Below, one piece after another: positions 29,955-39,803 of a stretch of DNA of 64,000 bases. Made by a program: the position numbers and the translations under genes. The stretch spans positions 31,634-95,633 of the forward strand of contig JBHLON010000006.1 of assembly GCA_048940445.1 (NCBI GenBank). Direction: 5' to 3'. Each line of letters begins with the position of its first letter. The stretch's first letter is position 1. The notes beneath the pieces are model-generated. The model had not been told where the DNA came from. It did no database searches and saw nothing but the letters and a program-made list of their open reading frames with translations. This stretch comes from Promethearchaeota archaeon (lineage in GTDB: Archaea > Asgardarchaeota > Lokiarchaeia > Sigyniarchaeales > SOKP01).

Positions 29955-30437
29955 CTAAGCTCTAAGAGTAGCAATCATGATTTTCTCATCTAAGAGGAAA
30001 TCAATTGCATCAATAATCTTTGTAAAAATTATGTCACTATTTAGTAGAGTTTGCTGTGTAGAGCCTTCTTCACCTATTATTGCAATTCCAATAATTGCAT
30101 TTTTTAGCATTAGATTATCATTAATCCCATTTCCAATGGTTACAGTTTCACCTTTACCTAATTTCAATAATTCATTATTCTTGGCTTCTGCTTCTGATGT
30201 AGTGGGTGATGAGATTCTAATATAATTTACCTGTAGAATTTTAGCAAGTTCATTAAGATTTCCCCGAGTATCTGCAGAGATCAAATAAATGTTATAAAAT
30301 TTTTTTAATTTTTTAATGCGCTTAATGATTTTTCTAGATACACGCCCTTTAAATTGAATTGTGCCATTTACATCAAAAATGACATTTGAAATTGTAATTT
30401 TACCATAATTAGGAATATCTATGATTCTCATAAGCAT
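29955..30437 (-). CDS. HAD-family soluble P-type ATPase-like phosphatase
   Basis: FDVNGT, ISADTRG, IGNGIND; start adjusted to ATG 30437 (or 30431). Confidence 0.85.
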   Translation of the reverse strand: MLMRIIDIPNYGKITISNVIFDVNGTIQFKGRVSRKIIKRIKKLKKFYNIYLISADTRGNLNELAKILQVNYIRISSPTTSEAEAKNNELLKLGKGETVTIGNGINDNLMLKNAIIGIAIIGEEGSTQQTLLNSDIIFTKIIDAIDFLLDEKIMIATLRA

Positions 30438-30450
30438 ATAAACCTTTATC

Positions 30451-31656
30451 CTAAATAAAAAGATTTGTAAAGTCAAATTTTTCAGATATCATTTCTAGAA
30501 ATTGTATTATTTGTACAGACTTGTTAGAATTAATCTCATTAATATAATCTTTTACTTTATGGAAAACTGCTTGAGTCGATTTAATAACAATTATATATTC
30601 AGAGAATTTATCCCAATTAGGTTTTTTCCTCAAAAAATTTTGTACAGTATTCTCCCTTAGCTTAGTATCAATTTCTTTTTTGATCTCTTCTTTTGTTAGA
30701 TTGGAACCTTCGATGAATAAATAATCTAAAATTATTCTTTTATTATTTTCATGTTGGAGAGCGATAATTCCCTTCTGTTTTTGTTCTTCCCAGAGGATTT
30801 TGAAATCCTTCATTTGAGATTTTTTGAATAAAATGTATAATAAGTAATGAAAATCTTTAAAGTAACCAGTATATGCTTCCTTTACCTTATTCAAGATAAT
30901 AGAATGAAAATTCTTATTAACCTCATAGCCAATACTCTTTCGAGACAAAGATTTCGCCACTTTTAATGTAGTTCCTGAACCTACAAAGGGATCTAATACA
31001 GTATCTCCAATAAAGGAAAACATCCGTATCAATCTATAAGGCAATTCTTCTGGAAACATAGCGATATGTTCTTTTTGTATAACTCCCGGAAAGTTCCAAT
31101 GCCCGATAAACCATTTTTTCCATTCACTAAGAGATATTTTCGACATTTCTTTTATAATAATGTCAACTTTTCTTCCCTTTCCGTGAGCTTTTTTAAAAAT
31201 TAATATATGTTCATAGTCGTATGTTAACAACCCATTACGAGGATAATATATAGAACCCATTAGAGAACACCCACCCGTAGTATTAGTGGTACTAACTTTT
31301 TGCCAGATAATATCACCCAGATAATCAAACCCGACCTTCTGGCAATCCTCGATTATCTTGTTGGCAACGGATAAAATACGATATCTCCCATATTCTGTGG
31401 TTCTTAGATATTGATCCCCAACATTTATAGCCATTCGGCAATGAGGTTCAAGCACACGATAACATTCGTGCCATACTTGATTCAATCTCTCAAAATAGGT
31501 CTCAAATGAATCTGAAAAACCAATTTGAGTATCTATACCATAATCTTTTATTTTTCCATAGGGAGGTGAAGTAATTATAAACTGGATAGAGTTATCCTTC
31601 AACTCATGCATATGTTCAGAAGATTTAAAATAAACAATAGGTTCTTCAATCTTCAT
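30451..31656 (-). CDS. Site-specific DNA methyltransferase (N4C/N6A, beta class)
   Basis: TSPPY, H.AMFPEELP, VLDPFVGSGTT; ATG 31656 preferred. Confidence 0.9.
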   Translation of the reverse strand: MKIEEPIVYFKSSEHMHELKDNSIQFIITSPPYGKIKDYGIDTQIGFSDSFETYFERLNQVWHECYRVLEPHCRMAINVGDQYLRTTEYGRYRILSVANKIIEDCQKVGFDYLGDIIWQKVSTTNTTGGCSLMGSIYYPRNGLLTYDYEHILIFKKAHGKGRKVDIIIKEMSKISLSEWKKWFIGHWNFPGVIQKEHIAMFPEELPYRLIRMFSFIGDTVLDPFVGSGTTLKVAKSLSRKSIGYEVNKNFHSIILNKVKEAYTGYFKDFHYLLYILFKKSQMKDFKILWEEQKQKGIIALQHENNKRIILDYLFIEGSNLTKEEIKKEIDTKLRENTVQNFLRKKPNWDKFSEYIIVIKSTQAVFHKVKDYINEINSNKSVQIIQFLEMISEKFDFTNLFI

Positions 31657-31696
31657 TCTATTGCTTATATTAAGCCTTAAAACCTTATTAAAATTT

Positions 31697-32797
31697 TTAA
31701 TTAGAAACTTGAGTAAAATAACCAACGATCCTTAATTTATTCTCAAATTTATTAAGATCTGAGATAATTCCTATTAATCCGTCACCATTATGATACAGGA
31801 GTTTATCAAACTTAAGAATCGCTTCTCCAGTTTCTCCAGGATATAATTCTGCACCAGATGTAAATTTAAAAGGAGAAAACTTAACATCGACCAAAGCATT
31901 AAATTGGACACCGTTCCCTGGTTTAATATATTTATCTTTAGGTTTGAAAAACTCATTGAGGTGTATATTCGCTTTTATTTCGGTTTCTGGTCGATATGTA
32001 CCATGAGTGACTAAAAAATTGTCTCTACTTATCTCATTTGGAGCTATATTTCCTTTAAGAGCTAATCCAACCCTATCTCCCGCATAAGCTACTTTAAAAT
32101 CACGATCGTGTTTTTGGATGTTACGGACTATTACTTTTTTGCTAGGTCCATCATAACCTGATAAATCCAACATCTGACCAACTGTAACCTCCCCTTCTTT
32201 AACAATACCTAAAATAACGGTTCCTATTCCTTTAACTGGAAAAGCATGATCGATAAGAATCTTCGTAACATTACTCCTTTGAGGCTTTTCTCCTAATATA
32301 TTTAACCCTAGTTTGATAATTTTTAATTTTAGTTTATGATAATCTTCTTTACTATTAATCTCAAATAATTCAACATGTTTTAGAGTTGTAGTTCCAATAA
32401 TTTGATTGAGTTTCCTTTTTATATCGGTTAGCTTCCATTCAGTTTTAGAACTAATGCCGTCAATTATAATTAAAACTTCAGTACAATGTATTTGGTGGAA
32501 TAAATCAATAGCTACAATTAATTCTCCTAAGGTTGCATTTAAACCTATATTTAAATCAACAATTAAAAGATGAATATTAGTCAACATAAGGGATTGTAAA
32601 AGCGGCTTAATTTTCTCAGGATAATCTAAGGGAGTCAAAGCACAGAATACCTGATTTAACTCAGAGTCTAACTTATCATAGAATTGAATATCAGATCTCG
32701 TACTGGGAGAACCTATCGTCTGTCCAATCTGGTTATTTAATTCTTGATTTTCCCCAAAAATTCCTACAATAAAGCTATGTTCTGAAGGCTCACTCAT
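31697..32797 (-). CDS. Archaeal SelB-like/EF-Tu-like protein (aSelBL) with degenerate G domain
   Basis: IDHAFPVKGIGTVILG, RNIQKHD...AGDRVGLALK domain II; canonical G1/G3/G4 motifs absent. Confidence 0.8.
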   Translation of the reverse strand: MSEPSEHSFIVGIFGENQELNNQIGQTIGSPSTRSDIQFYDKLDSELNQVFCALTPLDYPEKIKPLLQSLMLTNIHLLIVDLNIGLNATLGELIVAIDLFHQIHCTEVLIIIDGISSKTEWKLTDIKRKLNQIIGTTTLKHVELFEINSKEDYHKLKLKIIKLGLNILGEKPQRSNVTKILIDHAFPVKGIGTVILGIVKEGEVTVGQMLDLSGYDGPSKKVIVRNIQKHDRDFKVAYAGDRVGLALKGNIAPNEISRDNFLVTHGTYRPETEIKANIHLNEFFKPKDKYIKPGNGVQFNALVDVKFSPFKFTSGAELYPGETGEAILKFDKLLYHNGDGLIGIISDLNKFENKLRIVGYFTQVSN

Positions 32798-32937
32798 TTG
32801 ATACTTTAAATGCAGAACTGAACAAATAGTTTATGATAGATATCAAAAAGTTTATATATTCCTTTTAAACTCATAAGAGATTAATTTTTATATCAACCCT
32901 AAAAAAGTTAATATAAAAACAATTACAGTTTGAAGAT

Positions 32938-34446
32938 ATGGTTCATAATAGTAAAGTGAATCAAGTTATATTAATAATATTCGATGACATTCGGGCATCT
33001 CACCTTTTTAATTTAATGAATGAAGGAAAATTACCCAATATCGATGAAATTGCAAATAATGGTATTAAATGTTCTAATTGCATCACTTCTTATCCTTCTA
33101 TAACTTTTCCTTGTTATAGTAATATAATTACTGGCGCATATTCAGACTATTTTCCCAAAGAAGGTAGTGCTGTTCCACTTTATCATTGGTTAAATAGAAC
33201 TGATCCTCCCTCTAAAGATAAAAAATGGCCTTTTTTTCGCAATTATGGAAATGGAAGTGATTTATTAAGAATAAATAAAGACATTGGAAGGAATGTTAAA
33301 ACAATTTTTGAACAAGCTGGGGAAAGTAATTTTCTCAGTGCAACAAGTTATCTATACAGAGGATCTTATTTTGCTGTTTCCAAAGATTACCATAACGTGA
33401 AAGATATACTTCAAAATATAGAATTAGCATATAGAAATCCAACTTACTTTTTTCAAGAAAAAGAGGTGCCATTGATAAGCGTAGGATATATTCCTCACAC
33501 TGATACTCTTATGCATGAAAAGGGATTTAACCATCCAGACTATATCAAATTGATAATTGAATGTGATAAATGTATTGGTTCTCTAATCAAGACACTAAAA
33601 GAAATGGGTTACTATTATAGTACTGCAATTGGGATAATAACAGATCATGGTAATTTTAAAGCTGAAAAAGTTATAGATATTGAACCTTTTTTTAATCATA
33701 ATGGGCTAATCCCATATAACCCTCAAAAAGGTATAGGAGATTTTGATCTAAATTTTGGATCTATGGGTTTTTTCAATTTTCGAGGTGAAGATTGGTATCA
33801 TCATCCCAATACTAAACTGCTTGAAAACTATAAAATAAGTGGAAAAGGGAATAGGAATATAAATTTGTTTGAGACACTCTGGAAGATACCAGGAGTTAAG
33901 ATGATGTATTATAAAGACGATGATACTAAGCCAGATAAAGGAACAATTCATATACTCAAAAAGAATGAAAAAAGTAAGGTTATTTCTAGAGCAACCATAA
34001 AATATCAAGGTTTTGGAAAAAATCAAAAAACTATGTATAGTTATAACCGGGATGATATATTCAATTACGGAAATAAAGTAGATCAAAACAAATATTATGC
34101 AATTGATGAGTGGTTACTATTTACTAATCAGATAGATTTTCCACTAGTGGTTGATCAAATTCCTCGCTATTTTAAAAATCCAAGATCTTGTGATATAATT
34201 GTTTCTACCCTTGGTACTCATGGATTTAATTACGAACATGGTAAGACTAGAAGTAATTCTCCATTCTCACATGATATTGGGCTAAAAAGCTCTATGGTTG
34301 TGCCTTTTATAATAGGAGGAGCAGAGGATATACCTTCAATTAATTTACCGTATTGTAAAACAACAGATATGGTTCCCACATTGTTAGAATTATTGGGTTT
34401 AAATCCAGATAAATCTGTAATTGGAAAATCTGTATTAAAATACTAA
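32938..34446 (+). CDS. Alkaline phosphatase superfamily / nucleotide pyrophosphatase-phosphodiesterase
   Basis: IIFDD, PSITFPC...IITG, D.LMH..G, ITDHG, D.VPTLLELLG. Confidence 0.85.
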   Translation: MVHNSKVNQVILIIFDDIRASHLFNLMNEGKLPNIDEIANNGIKCSNCITSYPSITFPCYSNIITGAYSDYFPKEGSAVPLYHWLNRTDPPSKDKKWPFFRNYGNGSDLLRINKDIGRNVKTIFEQAGESNFLSATSYLYRGSYFAVSKDYHNVKDILQNIELAYRNPTYFFQEKEVPLISVGYIPHTDTLMHEKGFNHPDYIKLIIECDKCIGSLIKTLKEMGYYYSTAIGIITDHGNFKAEKVIDIEPFFNHNGLIPYNPQKGIGDFDLNFGSMGFFNFRGEDWYHHPNTKLLENYKISGKGNRNINLFETLWKIPGVKMMYYKDDDTKPDKGTIHILKKNEKSKVISRATIKYQGFGKNQKTMYSYNRDDIFNYGNKVDQNKYYAIDEWLLFTNQIDFPLVVDQIPRYFKNPRSCDIIVSTLGTHGFNYEHGKTRSNSPFSHDIGLKSSMVVPFIIGGAEDIPSINLPYCKTTDMVPTLLELLGLNPDKSVIGKSVLKY

Positions 34447-34464
34447 TATGATTTATTTATATTC

Positions 34465-35472
34465 TCAATTTCTTTCTTTAAAGAATTTCCGTTTTCTTGA
34501 TAAACTTTGCTTATAATTCTCCATCATTTGATTAAATAGTTTAGCTCCCAGAGTTAATCTCCAATGTGGTTTAGTAGCAATAATATCCCCAAATTTTGAT
34601 TTCTTTCCTTTTTCATATTGTTTTTTTATTTGAAACTTTATTTGAAAAATGTTCTTAAGTTCTTCTAAAAATCTTTTACTAGATGAGGTGATTCTTGTGC
34701 TCTTCGCATTACCATCACCATCATAATATCCTAATAAAAATGCAAGTAATAATTCTTTTTTTTTTTCAAGATTATTTGGAAGGGTTTTTCTTTCAGACTT
34801 TGAGCTTGAAAATCCAATAGACATTAAATCTTCTACCATAGGTTTACACCTAAATCTAACATAGACCATCTTATAATATTTTAATTGGTATCCATACTTT
34901 CTTATTCTAAAACGAGACTTAATCATATCTATGTGATTTAATCCTATTATATCACAAAACTTGACAAGTTGATTTTTATCTTTACTAGACAGTTCTAATG
35001 AAATTAAATACCAAGGTTTACCCTTATAACGGTATGTTACTGATCCATCAGCATAGAGAAACCCCAACCAATAAGCTTTATCAAGAGAATTTATCTTATT
35101 AAAAAAATTATATTTTAATCCAACTTCATACTGCTGATTTGGATATAATTTCATGTTAGTATTAAAGGATATATATTTTAAAATGAACCCTATACATATC
35201 AATGATTTATCAGGAACATTTTTAATGATATTTCTTGAAAAATTAAATAGATTTCTTTCAGAAAAAAGATAATTAGGATTATAACCTCTAATATTTGGAT
35301 TTCTTATCCGCACTTTTAAATCAGAGAAATAGGTTTTACCATATCCTAAAGAGCTACTAGCATTAGACAAAGAACCTAGTACTTTAGAAAGATCTCTTAT
35401 TAAATCTAGAGTTGAATATCCCTTTTTTTTATAGTAGAACCCATTTTCTGTTAAATTTTCTTTCGGTTCCAT
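34465..35472 (-). CDS. Free-standing double-motif LAGLIDADG endonuclease-like protein
   Basis: AYWLGFLYADGS and AFLLGYYDGDGN helices. Confidence 0.85.
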   Translation of the reverse strand: MEPKENLTENGFYYKKKGYSTLDLIRDLSKVLGSLSNASSSLGYGKTYFSDLKVRIRNPNIRGYNPNYLFSERNLFNFSRNIIKNVPDKSLICIGFILKYISFNTNMKLYPNQQYEVGLKYNFFNKINSLDKAYWLGFLYADGSVTYRYKGKPWYLISLELSSKDKNQLVKFCDIIGLNHIDMIKSRFRIRKYGYQLKYYKMVYVRFRCKPMVEDLMSIGFSSSKSERKTLPNNLEKKKELLLAFLLGYYDGDGNAKSTRITSSSKRFLEELKNIFQIKFQIKKQYEKGKKSKFGDIIATKPHWRLTLGAKLFNQMMENYKQSLSRKRKFFKERN

Positions 35473-35701
35473 TTCATATCTAAAATTAATTCAGGATTTA
35501 TAAATTCCATTCTTAATCTTTCTTAAAAAGTAAATCTTTTAGAAATTGAAGTGTAATTTCTAGTACTTAGTAAGAGGAATAATATTTATTTTTAATCTCT
35601 ACGAAGATTTTCTGAATTTAAATGATTTATTTTGTTAAGCGATTAAAATAAGAATTTTATATAATGATTCTTTTAAGTATTTCATATAGAATTTTTAATA
35701 T

Positions 35702-38533
35702 ATGGTGATTGAAATAGTTAAGGCAAATCATATCGTAATAGTACCGGAAACTCATTGGGACCGTGAAACCTTATGAAATTTATACATTAGGCACGATTGG
35801 TATCTCCCATTCCAAGAATATAGAGCTCGGTTAGTTCTTATGATGGATAAGCTCTTAGAAATTTTGAAACAAGATCCAAAATATACTAATTTTACTCTTG
35901 ACGGACAAGTCATTCCCATTGAAGATTATCTTGAGGTATCCCCAGAAAAAAAAGAAGAAATAATGAAATTTGTGAAAGAAAAGAGACTTTCAATTGGCCC
36001 CAGTTATGTTTTACCAGATGAATTTTTAATCAGCGGAGAATCTTTGATAAGAAATTTGATGATAGGCCATCAAATCTCAAGAAACTATGGGAGAGTTATG
36101 AAAGCAGGTTATATTCCTGATCCTTTTGGTCACATTGCTCAATTACCCCAAATTTTGAAAGGATTTGAACTTCCTTCAGTTTTTTTCTACCGTGGTTTTG
36201 GTGATGAATTTGAAACTCAAGAACTAAATATGGAATTTATTTGGAAATCGCCAGGGAATGCTGCTTCTATCTTAGCCATTCACTTAATTTTAGGTTATTT
36301 TTCAGTAGCAGATTTAAATTATTCAGATAAAGGTGGAGATTATACGAGGGTATTAGACAAACTAAAAGAAGTAGTCTTTAAATTAGAAGAATATACTGCT
36401 ACTCCCATAATTCTATTAAACAGTGGTTCGGACCATCATGAAGCACATCCAGAACTTCCAGAAATTATAAAGCAATGGAATAAAAGTTACCCAGATAAAA
36501 AAATGGAACAAAATGACTTTGAATATTATATCAGCAAAGTTTTGGAATGTCGACCTCAATTAAAGTCATATCAAGGAGAATTAAGAGGAAGTAAATATGC
36601 AAACATTATTGCTAGCGTTCTGTCCACAAGGATGTGGATTAAACAGAGAAATACAAAAATAGAATACTTATTCGAGAAGTACACGGAACCATTTTCAACA
36701 CTTATATGGGTTCTTGATAAATATCATGAGTTCCTTTATCCTGCATCTTATATTCAAGTTGGTTTAAAATGGTTAATTAAAAATCATCCTCATGATAGTA
36801 TCTGTGGTTGTTCTATTGATCAAGTTCACAATGAGATGAGAACTCGTTTTGATTGGGCAGAACAAATAGGAAATGAAATCATTAAAAATTCTTTTCTATA
36901 CTTAATAAGATTGATAGGATATGAGAAAAGCTGGACAAAAATACCTCTTTTTGTCTTTAATCCTTTACCTTGGGAAAGAAAAGATGTAATTGAATTCAAC
37001 TTTATAACTGAATTTTTTGGGTATAAAACCTCCACAAATTTTAAAATAGTTGATATTAATGGAAATGAAATAGAATATCAATATATTAGAGTAGAAGAGG
37101 AACCAAGATTTAAGAGTGTGTTAAGTAATAGCTATTTATGTAGTTTTTTAGCTGAGACACCAGCATTAGGATATAAAATTTATTATTTAATTCCCAGAAA
37201 GAAAGCTAAAACCTATCTAAAAGAAGAGAAAGAATTTAGAATAACACAAAACACCTTAGAGAATCAATTTTTCCTTGTGAAAGTAAGCTTAAATGGAATG
37301 ATAGATGTTTATGATAAGAAAGCTAATAAATGGTACGAAAAACTGTGCTTTATTGAGGATGTTGGTGATTGGGGTGATGAATATGACTTTTCAGGTCCAA
37401 ATGAAAATCAAACTGATTTCTTATACACATCTGAGGATTTGAACTTTTTGGGAATTAAACCATATGTTGATGGACCTACCCAAAAAACCATAAAACTGGA
37501 TCTCAATTTAAACTTACCAGAGGCCCTCTCTGAAGATAGATTTAATAGAGAGCCTAATTTGGTTTTAAATCTAATAACTATTTATATTACATTATATAAA
37601 GATATTAAACGTATTGACTTTAAACTAGATTTGGAAAATAATAGCAAAGATCATAGAATTAGAGTCTTATTTCCTACAGGAATCGAATCTGAGAAAGTAG
37701 ACTGTGATGGACATTTCTATGTTATACCAAGAGCCGTGGACTTACCGAAAGTTGACAATTGGTATCAAAATCCTCGCCCTACAAATCATCAAAAAGATTT
37801 TGTGTCAATAAGTAATAAATCACGAACTTTCGCTATATTGAATAAAGGATTACCTGAATATGAAGCAATTAGAAATCAGGATGGGACTATAACGTTAGCG
37901 ATAACTCTATTGCGTTGTATTGAGTGGCTTTCTAGAGATGATTTCATTACTCGAAAGGATATGGCTGGTCCTGCTTTCAATACTCCTGAAGCGCAATGTC
38001 TTGGAAAACATTCATTTGATTTTTCATTAATTATCGAAGAGAATAAGAGTGGTTGGCTAGAATCAGAAATTCATGTTAAAGGAAAGGAGTTCAATAATCC
38101 CTTTAAAGTATTATTTCTAAATGCGCTTAAAATTCCTTTTAGAATGTCTAATAAAACTATACTATTTCCTACTCATCGAATTGTTAGTTTTGGTATGACA
38201 GAAGATGAGCCTTTAGAACCAGTTTTACCTCTTGAACTAAGTTTTTTAGAAATTGATAATAAGAACATATTACTAAGTGCTTTAAAAAAGTCTGAAGAAG
38301 ATGACAATCTAATAGTTAGAATTTATAATGTTTCTCCAATCCCACAGAAAAGTACTTTAAAATTTTGTAACCAAGTGAAAATTGAAAAAGCTGCAATAGT
38401 GAACTTATTAGAGGAAGCTCCTATTAATGATATAAAAGCCACTGTTAAAGTTCTAGATAGAAACACTCTATTAGCAGAATTGCAAGCTCATGTTATTGCG
38501 ACAATTAGAATATTGAACTCAAAAAGTGAATAA
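35702..38533 (+). CDS. GH38 alpha-mannosidase, split: exon 1 35702-35767, exon 2 35798-38533
   Basis: Joined exons give HIVIVPETHWDREWYLPFQEYR; LDGQ, PDPFGH, HPHDSICGCS downstream. Confidence 0.92.
35768..35797 (+). other. Candidate 30-nt BHB-type mRNA intron in the GH38 gene
   Basis: CGTG-AA^A-CCT.ATG...CAT.AGG-CACG-AT^T; contains in-frame TGA; removal restores DRE|WY. Confidence 0.85.
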
Positions 38534-38655
38534 CAAATAAACTAATTATTCATATTCTTGAAAGTTTGAAATGAATAAGAATATTGTAAATTTGGCGAAG
38601 CTTAAATTCTGTTCTTAGTTATCCATATTAAATTAGAATTTATATCAAGGAAATT

Positions 38656-39726
38656 TTGATGAAATTCCCAGAATACCTAAAAAGTTATAAACAAAATATC
38701 AATGAAGCAATAAAGCAAATCTTTAAGAAAAAAATTAAGCAATTAAATAATTCATTTCTGAAGGATTATTATACTGAATTAAAGGATTATTTTTTAGTTG
38801 GGGGCAAAAGGATTCGTCCATTACTATGTATCGCATCATATAATGCCTTTAGGAAACAACACGATGATAAAGTAATACCGATAAGTGTTGGTATTGAATT
38901 TCTTCACAATGCATCTTTAATACATGATGACATTATTGATAAGGACGATTATCGGAGAGGAAATCCCTCCTTTCATTTTCGATTTAAAAATTATCATAAA
39001 AGCTATAATTTTAAAAAAACAAATGATGTAGATTTTGGTAATTCTATTGGAATTATTGGTGGAGATACAGCATTCTTTTTAGGATTAGAAGCTTATCTAT
39101 TCAATGATTTCGAAAAAGAGATTAACAACAAAGCTATTAGCCTTTATGAACAAGCGTTTATTGATATAGCTAATGGAGTCTTAATCGAGATGGATATGGT
39201 AAATAAAGAAAAAATTGAAATGGCGGAGTACATAGAAATGATTTCTTTAAAAACCAGTGCCTTAATTGAAAAGTCATTATTAATTGGAGCAAATTATTCC
39301 CAGATGGATAAAGCTCTTGAAAAAAGTTTATCAACTTATGGAATTAACCTGGGTATAGTATTTCAAATAATTGATGATATTTTAGGGACTTTTGGAGATG
39401 AAAAAGTTACCGGAAAACCTACTGATGGAGATATAAGAGAAGGGAAAAAAACGTGTCTATTGATTGAAGCCTTAAATAAATTAGACTCAAATAAAAAGAG
39501 TCAGCTTGAGAACATTGTAAATAAAAGCGATATCAGTAATGAGGATGTAGAAATTGTAAAAAATTTATTCATTGATGCTGATGTAATTAACTCTAGCAAA
39601 AAATTAGCTGAAACATATTATCAAAAAGCTAAATTAGCCCTAGATAGTTTATCAGATTACATAAATCCTCAAGAATTCGAATTTTTTGATGATCTCCTAA
39701 ATTTTGTTATGAATAGAACGTATTAA
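38656..39726 (+). CDS. idsA: Geranylgeranyl diphosphate synthase
   Basis: GGKRIRP, HDDIID.DDYRRG, KT, FQIIDDIL, GDIREGK. Confidence 0.93.
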   Translation: MMKFPEYLKSYKQNINEAIKQIFKKKIKQLNNSFLKDYYTELKDYFLVGGKRIRPLLCIASYNAFRKQHDDKVIPISVGIEFLHNASLIHDDIIDKDDYRRGNPSFHFRFKNYHKSYNFKKTNDVDFGNSIGIIGGDTAFFLGLEAYLFNDFEKEINNKAISLYEQAFIDIANGVLIEMDMVNKEKIEMAEYIEMISLKTSALIEKSLLIGANYSQMDKALEKSLSTYGINLGIVFQIIDDILGTFGDEKVTGKPTDGDIREGKKTCLLIEALNKLDSNKKSQLENIVNKSDISNEDVEIVKNLFIDADVINSSKKLAETYYQKAKLALDSLSDYINPQEFEFFDDLLNFVMNRTY

Positions 39727-39803
39727 CCATTATAAAGATCTATATTCAAGCTTCAATTAGTAAATATATATTAGTAACATAAAAAGGAAAATTGAATGTT
39801 AAA

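Noticed and set aside
31697-32797. True selenocysteine elongation factor SelB
   Set aside because: Lacks canonical GTPase motifs and the C-terminal extension; fits the SelB-like family, so it is not evidence for Sec use
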